DNA from: a candidate division FCPU426 bacterium
GTDB taxonomy: Bacteria; Oederibacteriota; Muellerivitia; Muellerivitales; Muellerivitaceae
Direction: 5' to 3'
Length of the DNA: 64,000 bases
Assembly (NCBI GenBank): GCA_963796105.1
Contig: CAWCKJ010000003.1
Coordinates: 416,001-480,000, forward strand
Made by a program: the position numbers and the translations under genes. Shown here in pieces: positions 1 through 9,419 of this stretch. How positions within the stretch are numbered: the stretch's first letter is position 1; each line of letters starts with the position of its first letter. Below the pieces are notes generated by a model. It was not told the DNA's origin. It saw only the letters and a list, made by a program, of their open reading frames with translations, and ran no database searches.

Positions 1-1287
1 TTCTAAAACGACATTCGATGATTGAAGTTCCCCAGCAAGATTCCCCCCCGTGATCAAAGAACTTATGTCATTGTCAACTATCGCGGAGGGCGAAAAAGTA
101 ACTGTATTAGCCCCGGGATCAATTTGAGACCAACTTAGAAAGTTATCTCCACCAATTTCCGTGATGACAAGCGGATTGGGTCCTGTGCCATTAATCATAA
201 TTTGTTGCGCAACAGGGTTAAAAGTTGCAGTAACGTTTTGTATAGCGTCAATTTGAGCAATGATAGAATTAATTGAATCAACCGCGGGATTATAGGCAAC
301 GACCGTTCCATTAATAGTAAAGGAACCGCCTGTAGGAGCCACAGTAAACAACCCGGCTTGGCTGGCTAGGGTTGCCGCCGCATTGATCTTATTCGGTGCT
401 GGCAGTAAAGGATTATTAATCGGGCCCCCACCCGCGGCGGTGACCCAAGTCGTAAGCGATCCATAAGGTGTCCCATTAGCCAAAGTAAGCGTCACAGAAA
501 CCAAATTCGGGTTATGCTGGTTATCAATGGAAGTTTGCAAAGTCGTAGCGCCCCCGGAATCAAGCAAGGCAACCCCGCCCAAATACACACTGACGGTTCC
601 GTTGTTCCCAATAACAACCTGATTATTAATTAACATCGAGAGTAGGTCTAATGCGTAATCGCGGGCATCTAGAAGACTGTTTTGATTGGAGCCTTGTGTA
701 GTGTTCAGCTGTTGATTAATCGAGGACAATTGTTGAAGTAGTTGATTGATTTGAGTCACCGTTGAATTAATCTGACCATTTATATTCAATTGATCGTTCT
801 GCAAAGCCTCATATTGGGAATTTGCCAACTGAGCAAAAGTTACGCCATCATCAATAACATCGGTTCGCAAACCGTTATTTAATGGATTCGCGGATAAATT
901 CGTCCAATCTTGAGCGAAAGTTGACAACGCCCCGCTTAAGGTTGCGTTCCCATTGACGATGCTATTAATATTAGCGAGCGTCTGGTTTAAAATTTCGGCC
1001 TTGCCCAAAACCGAACTTTCCTGCTGAATTTGTTGGTCCAAATATAAGTTTCTTAATCGTGTAATGCTTTCCACGTAAGGACCGCTTCCAACATATTGAA
1101 TTCCAGTGCCTGAATAAAATGGCGTTGATATTCCATCGCTTACATTAACTCGTTCAAGACTATTCATCAAATAACCTTGCGAGTCTAAAGATGGCTGTGC
1201 CAAATTAGAGGCCGTAACATCTTGTTCCAATTGTTGGAGAAGCAAAGCGCTTGTTATCGTATTAAGACTTTGAAAACTATTAATCAT
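1..1287 (-). CDS. flgK: Flagellar hook-associated protein FlgK (partial, runs off left edge)
   Basis: Not in the ORF track; translated by hand from ATG at 1287 (RBS GGGAG upstream): MINSFQSLNTITSALLLQQLEQDVTASNLAQ...GSGPYVESITRLRNLYLDQQIQQE...NSLLDARDYALDLLSMLIN. These are FlgK-type motifs and the gene follows flgM-flgN. Confidence 0.85.
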   Translation of the reverse strand, partial: MINSFQSLNTITSALLLQQLEQDVTASNLAQPSLDSQGYLMNSLERVNVSDGISTPFYSGTGIQYVGSGPYVESITRLRNLYLDQQIQQESSVLGKAEILNQTLANINSIVNGNATLSGALSTFAQDWTNLSANPLNNGLRTDVIDDGVTFAQLANSQYEALQNDQLNINGQINSTVTQINQLLQQLSSINQQLNTTQGSNQNSLLDARDYALDLLSMLINNQVVIGNNGTVSVYLGGVALLDSGGATTLQTSIDNQHNPNLVSVTLTLANGTPYGSLTTWVTAAGGGPINNPLLPAPNKINAAATLASQAGLFTVAPTGGSFTINGTVVAYNPAVDSINSIIAQIDAIQNVTATFNPVAQQIMINGTGPNPLVITEIGGDNFLSWSQIDPGANTVTFSPSAIVDNDISSLITGGNLAGELQSSNVVLE

Positions 1288-1296
1288 TTTTTCTCC

Positions 1297-1782
1297 CTAA
1301 ACCGTACGATTCACAAAAGAGCGTCTATTCATTTCCGGATCGTGTCCTGGATAAAAAGATTTCTTTACTCCGCCGTCTGCAACTATTTTCAAAGTAAAAT
1401 TTACATAAGAAAGAGCATTGTTTAATAACTTTTCGTTCCGCTGATTAAATTCTTCGAGTTTTTTGGCAGCCTGAGTTAACTCCAATAAGGATTTTTTTAA
1501 TTCCTCAACAACCTCCAAGGGGCATCTCACTATTAATTCCGTTAGTGAAACTTTCTGAAGCTTGTAAATTTGAGCTAGTTTTTTCAACACATCATTCCTT
1601 CGTCCTGAAAGCGGGCCAAGAGCAAACACTTCTTTCTCTTCCAGCCTCACGTTATCAGGAAGAGTTTCAACTTTTCCAGACATCAATAGCTCCCTTTGCA
1701 AACCAGCAAGATGTAATAAACTTCTGTAATGTTCAGTTTCTTTTTTCAAACAATCAATTAAAGTTTGAAATAATTCATTCAT
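1297..1782 (-). CDS. flgN: Flagellar export chaperone FlgN
   Basis: Helical 161-aa protein with the NxxNxxLL motif (FNQRNEKLLNNAL), lying between flgM and flgK. Confidence 0.8.
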   Translation of the reverse strand: MNELFQTLIDCLKKETEHYRSLLHLAGLQRELLMSGKVETLPDNVRLEEKEVFALGPLSGRRNDVLKKLAQIYKLQKVSLTELIVRCPLEVVEELKKSLLELTQAAKKLEEFNQRNEKLLNNALSYVNFTLKIVADGGVKKSFYPGHDPEMNRRSFVNRTV

Positions 1783-1790
1783 TCTTAGGC

Positions 1791-2075
1791 CTAGAGATCG
1801 ATAATTTTCATATCAATGAGACGGGCCGCAAGCTTGTTTGCATCAATTGCAAATTTCCCCGTTTGGACTAATTGTGACAATTGTTCCACCTTCGCGTTTT
1901 GTGCCGCTTCCTGTTTTAATACTTCTCTATGAATCGACTGGAAAACTTCTGCAAACGAACTAAATGAAACAGATGATGACTGAGAATTTGAAGGCTCAGG
2001 TAGGATACTTTTTGATTTATCCGATTTAAAAGTTTGGAGAACAGCAGGAATACTTTGAAAGCCATCGATCCTCAT
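1791..2075 (-). CDS. flgM: Anti-sigma-28 factor FlgM
   Basis: MRI start, SVSFS, and KVEQLSQLVQTGKFAIDANKLAARLI (FlgM C-terminal signature). RBS AAGGAG precedes ATG 2075. Confidence 0.85.
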   Translation of the reverse strand: MRIDGFQSIPAVLQTFKSDKSKSILPEPSNSQSSSVSFSSFAEVFQSIHREVLKQEAAQNAKVEQLSQLVQTGKFAIDANKLAARLIDMKIIDL

Positions 2076-2104
2076 AGGCAACTCCTTATGTTTTCTTAAG
2101 TTAC

Positions 2105-2131
2105 CTAACGGGTTTTAATTCAAAAACTTTA
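2105..2131 (-). promoter_or_regulatory. Sigma-28 (FliA)-type promoter for flgM-flgN-flgK
   Basis: Minus strand TAAA-N15-CCCGTTAG versus consensus TAAA-N15-GCCGATAA, about 30 nt upstream of flgM. Confidence 0.6.
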
Positions 2132-2381
2132 GTAAATTAATTAAATATTGAATTTTTATTATTTTTTAGGTTGAATTTTAAAAGATTTTAAAATCAATAA
2201 ATATAACTCGACAAATATATTGACTCATCAATTTTTGGTTTCTTATTTTTGGGGGAATTGTTCAATAAAATCAAATTTGATATCAGCTAAACGAGGAATT
2301 GTTATTTACGTTATCTAATTAATCAAAAAACTATGTCTTTATAGGGGTTATAACGATAAAACTTATGAATCAAGATATAAA

Positions 2382-2810
2382 TCAATTTGAATGAATGTTT
2401 TTATATCTCTTTGGTTTTGTAACCTTTTGATTAATAAAATTTTCGTCTTTTAAAGTTTTTTGATTTTTAAATTTGTCTATATCATTTTTCAGTTCTTCCG
2501 AAAGGGTTTTTATGCATTTCTCGCACATCTTTCCTTGGGAAATGGGAATTCCACAGCTTTCACAGTACAACCCTGTATCAACCTTTACAAGCCTAAGACG
2601 ATTTTCACGAACATATCTAAATATTTCTTTTATATCAATACCTGTTTCCTGAGAAATTTCTTGTGCGGTTGCACTTGGGCGGGTCGACAAAAAATGGAAA
2701 ATTTTCGTGTAATTGTTTTCTTCTTCTTTAATACAAATAAGACAAATATCCCTTCCGCCAGGAACTTGATTAAATACTTTGCCACATTTTGTACAATTTG
2801 CCCAACTCAT
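2382..2810 (-). CDS. YvyF-like flagellar operon protein (two CxxC zinc-ribbon pairs flanking an HTH)
   Basis: NCTKCGKVF...ICLIC, ATAQEISQETGI...YVRENRL, and CESCGIPISQGKMCEKC. It lies upstream of flgM, as in Firmicutes. Confidence 0.75.
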   Translation of the reverse strand: MSWANCTKCGKVFNQVPGGRDICLICIKEEENNYTKIFHFLSTRPSATAQEISQETGIDIKEIFRYVRENRLRLVKVDTGLYCESCGIPISQGKMCEKCIKTLSEELKNDIDKFKNQKTLKDENFINQKVTKPKRYKNIHSN

Positions 2811-3292
2811 GAAAAGATTTTCTGATGGATTTCAGTTGCTCCCTTTAATCTTTCATAAAGCATATGACTAATACCAATACCACCAACGGAGGCCAACTGG
2901 GTACTTAGTTGTTCATCATGCATAGACTCAAAAAAACCATACGCCTGCGAATTCCCCAATAAACCGGATTTTTGTACGGAATTTCTCATTTCTTTTAAGA
3001 GCATTTGAAGGAATAACGACTCAAAATCTTTTGAAACCTTTTGAATTTCAGAATCGGAATGGAGATGAACCCCAGATACTGGATTTATGTGGTTCAATGG
3101 ACTTAAAGATTGGGTCGAAGGGCTAGAAGGCAAATGAGAAATATAAGTATTGTTAATAATAGCATCCCCAGCCATTTGTGAAGTTATATTTGATTTTGAA
3201 GTTTGATTCGGTTGAAGTGAATTTCGATAATTAAAATCGGTTCTGTTTTGAAGGGGTAACAAGGGTTCTATGGGTTGAGAATATAAATTCAT
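2807..3292 (-). CDS. flgJ: FlgJ rod-binding domain protein (no muramidase domain)
   Basis: KDFESLFLQMLLKEMRNSV...FESMHDEQLSTQLA..GGIGISHMLYERL; follows flgI. Confidence 0.85.
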   Translation of the reverse strand: MNLYSQPIEPLLPLQNRTDFNYRNSLQPNQTSKSNITSQMAGDAIINNTYISHLPSSPSTQSLSPLNHINPVSGVHLHSDSEIQKVSKDFESLFLQMLLKEMRNSVQKSGLLGNSQAYGFFESMHDEQLSTQLASVGGIGISHMLYERLKGATEIHQKIFS

Positions 3293-3310
3293 GTAATCAA
3301 TCTCCGAATA

Positions 3311-4432
3311 TTATATGATTTCAAGCTCCGCATGTAAGGCGCCAGCTGCTTTAATGGCTTGAAGAATTGAAATCAAATCCCTTGGGGTAGCTCCTACAGC
3401 GTTAATCGCCGAAACCACATCAATTAAAGATGCGCCCTCAGGCAAAACAATTAAATTGCCCTGTTTACCAGTATCCTCAGCGCTTAATGTAGTTGTGTGA
3501 GTTAATTCATCATGACCAAAAACAGCGTCATGGGAAATTTGTGTGGTCTTTTTAACTACTAAATGTAAATTTCCATGAGCAATTGCAACCGCTTCAATCC
3601 GAACATCTTGCCCTAGTACTACTGTTCCTGTACGCTCATTAACAACAACACGGTTTTCAGAAGAATCAGTCAAAACAGGGGTGTCTTCAACCGCTGCTAT
3701 GAAATCAACGACATTATCTTTGTAATTGTTCGGGATTTTCACTTCAATTTGTCCGCCATCAGTTGCCTTTGCAACTTGTTCTCCAAATTGCTGGTTTATA
3801 GCTTGCGTGGCTAAAGAAGCCTGCCCGAAATCAGGATGATTTAATAATATTGCGATTGTGTCATTATCAATAAAAGTGGAAGGAACTTCTCGCTCCACCA
3901 AAGCACCATTTGGAACTCTCCCAGTTGATGTACTATCAACTTGAACCAATGGAAATTCACCAGTGTTGTCAGAAAATCCACCAACCGCAAGCGGACCTTG
4001 AGCAACAGCATAAACCTGTCCATCAGGCCCTTGTAGAGGGGTCATCAAAAGAACACCCCCTTGCAAACTTCTAGCGTCCCCTACTGAAGAAACGATAACA
4101 TCAATTTTATCTCCTGATTTTAACAATGGGGACAATTGTGCAGTCGCCATAATAGCAGCAACATTTTGAGTTCTAATTTGATCCGGACCAATTTTAATTC
4201 CAAATTGATACAACATATTGGTAATGCTTTGTAACGTTGATACGACTCTCTGCGTATCACCAGTTCTTTGTAATCCAACAACCAGACCATATCCAATCAG
4301 CTGATTTTCGCGAACTCCCTTTACCTTCCCAATAGTTTTCAATCTCACCTGAGCGGCATTTAATGGCAAAAATATAAAGCATAATAAAAATACGCTTAAT
4401 ACAAACTTTATCCAATTTAATGATTTGTTCAT
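3311..4432 (-). CDS. flgI: Flagellar P-ring protein FlgI
   Basis: GVRENQLIGYGLVVGL.TGD, SLQGGVLLMTPL, and ILQAIKAAGALHAEL. ATG 4432 has a GAGGA RBS. Confidence 0.95.
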   Translation of the reverse strand: MNKSLNWIKFVLSVFLLCFIFLPLNAAQVRLKTIGKVKGVRENQLIGYGLVVGLQRTGDTQRVVSTLQSITNMLYQFGIKIGPDQIRTQNVAAIMATAQLSPLLKSGDKIDVIVSSVGDARSLQGGVLLMTPLQGPDGQVYAVAQGPLAVGGFSDNTGEFPLVQVDSTSTGRVPNGALVEREVPSTFIDNDTIAILLNHPDFGQASLATQAINQQFGEQVAKATDGGQIEVKIPNNYKDNVVDFIAAVEDTPVLTDSSENRVVVNERTGTVVLGQDVRIEAVAIAHGNLHLVVKKTTQISHDAVFGHDELTHTTTLSAEDTGKQGNLIVLPEGASLIDVVSAINAVGATPRDLISILQAIKAAGALHAELEII

Positions 4433-4452
4433 TCTCAGCTCCTCACTAAAAA

Positions 4453-5067
4453 CTAAAATAAACCAAGCCAACTCATTATCCTTGTCAAAATTCCAGGTTT
4501 CGCAGATTCCGATGCAGGCCCGGTGCCCGTTATTTTTATTTTCGCATTGGCGACCCTAGAAGATAAAACCATGTTATCACGAGTAATATCATCAGGCCGG
4601 ATTTCACCGGTAACTTCGATTGTTTGCTTATCGTCATTTACTTCGACATATCTATTTCCATCAATTAAATAGTTACCATTCGGAAGAACCGAAATAATTT
4701 TTGCAGTCATTTCACCCGTAATAGTTGTGCTTCTACTTGAAGTACCCTGTCCCTGATGAGCCGAACTGGCGCCGACTCCAATTTGATTATTTGTATTTAA
4801 AACATTTGCCCCGTATACGCCTGCACCCATATACCCTGTTCCAGCGCCTATAGCTAAACTGGAAGTTTTTTGGTTTTGACTACTAGCGGCCTGTGTTGCC
4901 TGTGTATCCTCTTGTATCATAACAGTTATTACATCGCCCACTCTTCTTGCTCTTTTTTCGTTATAAATTGAACTTGTTCCTTCTAAAGGGTAAAGAGAAT
5001 CTGCCATCAACTTTTGAATCAAAGGCATTATTAGAATCACTATAAAAAAGAAAATCACTTTACGCAT
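4453..5067 (-). CDS. flgH: Flagellar L-ring protein FlgH
   Basis: RARRVGDVITVMIQE, VLPNGNYLIDG, GEIRPDDI..DNMVLSSRVANAKI. Confidence 0.93.
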   Translation of the reverse strand: MRKVIFFFIVILIMPLIQKLMADSLYPLEGTSSIYNEKRARRVGDVITVMIQEDTQATQAASSQNQKTSSLAIGAGTGYMGAGVYGANVLNTNNQIGVGASSAHQGQGTSSRSTTITGEMTAKIISVLPNGNYLIDGNRYVEVNDDKQTIEVTGEIRPDDITRDNMVLSSRVANAKIKITGTGPASESAKPGILTRIMSWLGLF

Positions 5068-5086
5068 GATCAACCCCTATCCCGAA

Positions 5087-6061
5087 CTACTGTTTTTCAT
5101 CAATTAAAACAGTTTTTTCGTCTAAAACCTTCCCATGTAATACTTTACCAGAATCCGTATTTAATACCTGAATATTATCCCCCGCTTTTCCATCAAAAAG
5201 AGCTTTTGCTTGAATGCTTAATTCTATATTTCCCTTATGGACAATCGCCTGTATCAATTGGGCTCTTTTTATAACAGGTGGATCGTTTAGTTCACTAAGT
5301 CGAATTATTGAACCTATTGGCAATGAGTAAGCTGCTGTTCTTCCCAAAACATTTTCTGCTTTTTGTAAAAAACCCGGAAGAATTTTTGAACTTTGCATTC
5401 TAACCAATCCAACATTAGAAGCTTTAAATTTTTCCCCTTTTTCGACCATTTTTGTTGTTGTCACAACTGATCGGTATATTTCCGAATCGACTCGCAAAGG
5501 CAATACGCGCACAATGCGACCATCCACAGATAATTCAGTCGTTAGTAATACTGAACCCTCATACTTTCCTGAAAAAGAAGGACGAAAACTTGCAGTTACG
5601 TTGCCGGCCGGTAAAACTATTTTCTTGTTCCCGCCCAATACTTTTACTTCAACATTTGCCGGCTGGTCTTGAATTTGCTTCAAAATAAAATTTTTTATTC
5701 CAGGCAATAAACTTTGAGGTGAAAACTCTTGCCCTCGAGTCATTACTTGAACCAATTCAGGGCCCTGAAATGCAAAATCTTCAATATTACAACCTTCTCG
5801 CCGAAGAACAATCCTAACGTATCCCTTTGTTATCTTAATAACATTACCAGCCGGCGCAGTCCTTCCGATTTTAATTTTGCTTAACTTATCAATAACCGTT
5901 TTATTGTTTCCTATTAAGTCCGCGACATCACCTAAAGTAATATCAGGCCCAACTACATTCGTTTTTTCAACGAATTTAATTATTAATTGCCCATTTGCGG
6001 CCAGAAGCAAATTAGTAAAAGAAAAAAACACAAAAAACAAAACGGTTACTATTTTATTCAT
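5087..6061 (-). CDS. flgA: Flagellar P-ring chaperone FlgA
   Basis: Signal peptide, ITLGDVA, a SAF-like region, and C-terminal KALFDGKAGDNIQVLNTDSGKVLHGKV. Confidence 0.88.
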   Translation of the reverse strand: MNKIVTVLFFVFFSFTNLLLAANGQLIIKFVEKTNVVGPDITLGDVADLIGNNKTVIDKLSKIKIGRTAPAGNVIKITKGYVRIVLRREGCNIEDFAFQGPELVQVMTRGQEFSPQSLLPGIKNFILKQIQDQPANVEVKVLGGNKKIVLPAGNVTASFRPSFSGKYEGSVLLTTELSVDGRIVRVLPLRVDSEIYRSVVTTTKMVEKGEKFKASNVGLVRMQSSKILPGFLQKAENVLGRTAAYSLPIGSIIRLSELNDPPVIKRAQLIQAIVHKGNIELSIQAKALFDGKAGDNIQVLNTDSGKVLHGKVLDEKTVLIDEKQ

Positions 6062-6076
6062 GCCGCTAAATCAATA

Positions 6077-6874
6077 TCATGGAAATTGCTTCATAGTTGA
6101 AATGTCATACAGCATTGAATCGGAAGTTGAAACAGCCTTGGAATTTAACTCATATGCCCTTTGTGCGACTATCAAATTAACCATTTCACTCACCACATCA
6201 ACATTGGATGCCTCTAATTCACCCTGTTGAACTTGTGGAAAACCTACTGAACCAGGGGTGCCTTGAATCGGCGACCCGGAAGCGGGTGTCTCTTGATAAA
6301 GATTATTTCCTAATGCCTCTAACCCCGCAGGATTAACAAAGCGAGTTAATTCAAGCTGTCCAACTTGTGCCTGTTGGGTTCCACCAGCGGTTTGGATCAT
6401 AATCTGACCCGTTGCGGTTATCTGAATCTGCGAGGTATCAGCTGGAAGTTGAACAGGGGGATCTAAAAAATACCCATTTGCAGTAACCAGATTTCCATTA
6501 GCATCCTGGGTAAATGAACCATCCCTCGTATATGCAGTAGTTCCATTAGGAAGAGTTACCTGAAAAAAACTATTATCTCCCGCAATCAACAGATCAAGAG
6601 GATTATTCGTGTTTTGGATAGGGCCTTCAGTGAAAATCCTCTGCGTGGAAACCGGCTTGACACCTTCTCCTACTTGAAGACCTACAGGTGTGTTCGTGTC
6701 CGGAGACGTCGGATTACCAGCAGGCTTAAGATCCCGATATAAAAGATCCTGGAAATCAACTCTTTGCTTTTTAAAACCCGTTGTACTGACATTGGCAAGG
6801 TTGTTTGAAATTGTATCAATATTTAACTGTTGCGCAGCCATACCAGTTGCTGCTGTGTACAGTGACTGCATCAT
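6077..6874 (-). CDS. flgG: Flagellar distal rod protein FlgG
   Basis: SLYTAATGMAAQQLNIDTISNNLANVSTTGFKK, YTRDGSF, LEASNVDVVSEMVNLIVAQRAYELNSK. Confidence 0.95.
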   Translation of the reverse strand: MMQSLYTAATGMAAQQLNIDTISNNLANVSTTGFKKQRVDFQDLLYRDLKPAGNPTSPDTNTPVGLQVGEGVKPVSTQRIFTEGPIQNTNNPLDLLIAGDNSFFQVTLPNGTTAYTRDGSFTQDANGNLVTANGYFLDPPVQLPADTSQIQITATGQIMIQTAGGTQQAQVGQLELTRFVNPAGLEALGNNLYQETPASGSPIQGTPGSVGFPQVQQGELEASNVDVVSEMVNLIVAQRAYELNSKAVSTSDSMLYDISTMKQFP

Positions 6875-7024
6875 AAAAGCCTCCTAAAGTTCATCGCTCT
6901 GGGAATAAACAAAATAACCAGAACTCTGATTTTTTTCACCGTATCAATCGATCCACGGTGAGAACGGTCTCCGCTTTGCAGTCCAACCGTTTTAAAACCC
7001 AAAATCAAATGATCGACAAACTTA

Positions 7025-7810
7025 TTAAACCCTTAAGGTCCCAATTTCAGTTGCAGCTTCATTTAAAACATGGTCATAAGTAGAAATAACCCTTGAATTC
7101 AACTCATAATTTCTATAAGTATCAATCATGTTTACCATTTCCATCATTGAATTAACGTTTGATTGCTCTAAATAACCTTGCTGAACTTGAATTCCATCCG
7201 GTGAACTATCTATTTTGTTTTGTGTTTTAACCTCGAATAAAGAATGTCCAACTTTATTGAGTTGATTTTCATTTTGAACTTTAACAATTAACAATTGATC
7301 CAAGGCTTTCCCGTCAACCATCAAATTCCCTTGTTGATCAGAAGTAACCTCAGTTCCATCAATATAAATTTCGCCATTATGTCCCAAGACCGGTAAACCA
7401 TCCTTTGTTACCAGTCGCCCATTTGAATCTAAGCTAAAGTTACCATCTCGAGTTAACCAAGTTTTTCCATCTGGTCCTAAAACCGAGAAAAAACCGGAAC
7501 CATTGAGTGCAAAATCAAGGGGACTTTTAGTCTCAAGGTGTGACCCTTGTGAATAATCAGTGGTTATCGTTTGTGGTATTACTCCTCCTCCCATAACTCC
7601 AATATTTGGCCTCAACTCAGCAGTACCATCCATCACATTAATTCGTTGATCATGAATTCTGGCAATTAAATAAGTTGGAAAAGCTACATCCACAGACCGG
7701 TTTTGCTTAAATCCAATAGTGCTGACGTTAGCCAAGTTGTTAGCAATAACGTCTTGTCGCGCAAGTGTAGAGTTCAAGCCAGATGCAGCAATGTATAGTC
7801 CGCTCGGCAC
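7025..7810 (-). CDS. flgF: Flagellar rod protein FlgF (FlgF/FlgG family)
   Basis: GLYIAASGL...IANNLANVSTIGFK, TRDGNF, QGYLEQSNVN; immediately upstream of flgG. Confidence 0.88.
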   Translation of the reverse strand: MPSGLYIAASGLNSTLARQDVIANNLANVSTIGFKQNRSVDVAFPTYLIARIHDQRINVMDGTAELRPNIGVMGGGVIPQTITTDYSQGSHLETKSPLDFALNGSGFFSVLGPDGKTWLTRDGNFSLDSNGRLVTKDGLPVLGHNGEIYIDGTEVTSDQQGNLMVDGKALDQLLIVKVQNENQLNKVGHSLFEVKTQNKIDSSPDGIQVQQGYLEQSNVNSMMEMVNMIDTYRNYELNSRVISTYDHVLNEAATEIGTLRV

Positions 7811-7844
7811 TTTATAAACTCCTTAATGATTTATACTTTAAATA

Positions 7845-9419
7845 TCAACGGCTATGCACTGGCACAGCAGTTCCAGCTGCTTGAATAACGGTACTATAGG
7901 GTAATGCAACAGCACTTATTTCTTTGGATCTTGAACTTTCTGTTCCATCGTTTCCAACTGTCGTTAAAGAAAAGAAATATCTTTGTCCGACTTTTAACTT
8001 CCGAACCAGATAGGTTGGAACATTACTAATGGGCTGAGCATTTACTTTTTCAAACCGCCCACCTGAAACTTCTGAAATGTAAATATTATACCCTTTTGCA
8101 CTGATCTTTCCCGGATCAGCCAACCCCGCTATTCCGGCTTGCTTAGCAATATCAATGACACCCTCATTTTGAAGCTCGCTTTGAACCACAACCGGTGCGC
8201 CAGGAGCAGATGTCGTGCCAGCTATTATCTCTCTTGAATATTGACTTTCAACTGGAGGTACAGTATTGGTTATTGAACTTACCACAAAATAATAATGAGT
8301 ATTTTTCTCTAATCCACGTAGCGAATAATAATTTGCCTTTACCGGTTTTTGGTTGATTTTTACATAACCTCCACCAGAAGTTTTAGTGAAATAAACGTTA
8401 TATCCAGCCAAGGAAAGGGACGGTGAATTTACCCACCTAAGGGTAATAATATCGCCATCCACTGATGCATTTAAACCTTCCGGAATAAAACTTTTCACTT
8501 TCCCCAAGAAAGACTCGCCAAACCGCCAATTGGCAGAGATCCGATGCGTTGCTCCTAGAAATTCAGCATGACCCATATAAGCATAATCAATTCCCCAAGA
8601 TTTTGAACGATAACTGATCCCAGCAGTAAACTGTCCAGGAAGTGTCATAAAATCACTATACCCGGTTCTGATTCCAAGTTGGTCCTCAAAAAACCAGCCT
8701 TCAATACCTGCGTGCAACAGTGTATGATCCCCTACTGTTTGGTCACTAATGCTTTCAAATTCCCAAGCTGTAACTAAATCGTCAGTAAACTCATAACTAA
8801 ATCCACCCCTGACACTCAATGCAACCGGATCAACGTTTCCACCCTGCCAACGAATAGTTGTGTCCACATCTTGAGCGCATAAACCAATATTTATTTGTTT
8901 TCCATATCGAGGATTCAAAATTGGCATATGATATAGAAAACCCAGATCAAGGCCCCAACCAGTAGCTTGAAGTCCTGGTTGATTTGACGAATCCGCACCA
9001 TAAAGTTTTAAATTCAGCCCGCAAGAAATAGACTTATCAATCGCTAATGGCGCTGCAAAAGACCCATAATAAATCCGTTCATTCAAGGAGCCGTCAGTAA
9101 AAAAATGTTGTTGAGTGGCAATTGCCCACGCCATTTGATCGCCAAAAGGCTGCACATACACGCCTTCAAAATCATCCTCTTTTCCGTTTAAAAGAATTGC
9201 GGCCATTCCTGATATTTCAGGGCGTAAAACTTGAACAAGACCAGCAGGATTGAAAAAAACCGCATCACCAGAATCCGCTACTGTTGTAAATGCCCCACCC
9301 ATTCCCAAAGGTCGAGCACCAATACCCGTAACGCCGCCTTTAGCAAAAGTCTGTGCTTTCACAGAAGTTATCGGCAGCAAAAGCAATAATAGGATGGCAG
9401 CTAAATTCCTAATAACCAT
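7845..9419 (-). CDS. PorV/UPF0164-like outer-membrane beta-barrel protein with two C-terminal fibronectin type III-like domains
   Basis: Signal peptide (SVKA-Q). GIGARPLGMGGAFTTVADSGDAVFFNPAGL is the PorV/FadL-like N-terminal motif. Amphipathic strands end at THRISANWRFG. FN3 motifs: ITLRW..GYNVY..LRGLEKNTHYYFVVSS and GYNIY..LKVGQRYFFSLTTVGNDGTES. Confidence 0.75.
   Translation of the reverse strand: MVIRNLAAILLLLLLPITSVKAQTFAKGGVTGIGARPLGMGGAFTTVADSGDAVFFNPAGLVQVLRPEISGMAAILLNGKEDDFEGVYVQPFGDQMAWAIATQQHFFTDGSLNERIYYGSFAAPLAIDKSISCGLNLKLYGADSSNQPGLQATGWGLDLGFLYHMPILNPRYGKQINIGLCAQDVDTTIRWQGGNVDPVALSVRGGFSYEFTDDLVTAWEFESISDQTVGDHTLLHAGIEGWFFEDQLGIRTGYSDFMTLPGQFTAGISYRSKSWGIDYAYMGHAEFLGATHRISANWRFGESFLGKVKSFIPEGLNASVDGDIITLRWVNSPSLSLAGYNVYFTKTSGGGYVKINQKPVKANYYSLRGLEKNTHYYFVVSSITNTVPPVESQYSREIIAGTTSAPGAPVVVQSELQNEGVIDIAKQAGIAGLADPGKISAKGYNIYISEVSGGRFEKVNAQPISNVPTYLVRKLKVGQRYFFSLTTVGNDGTESSRSKEISAVALPYSTVIQAAGTAVPVHSR

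Noticed and set aside
6960..7010. Possible c-di-GMP-I riboswitch (GGACTGCAAAGC on the minus strand)
   Set aside because: The upstream GGCAAA and GNRA-loop P2 elements are missing; only a partial motif resemblance.
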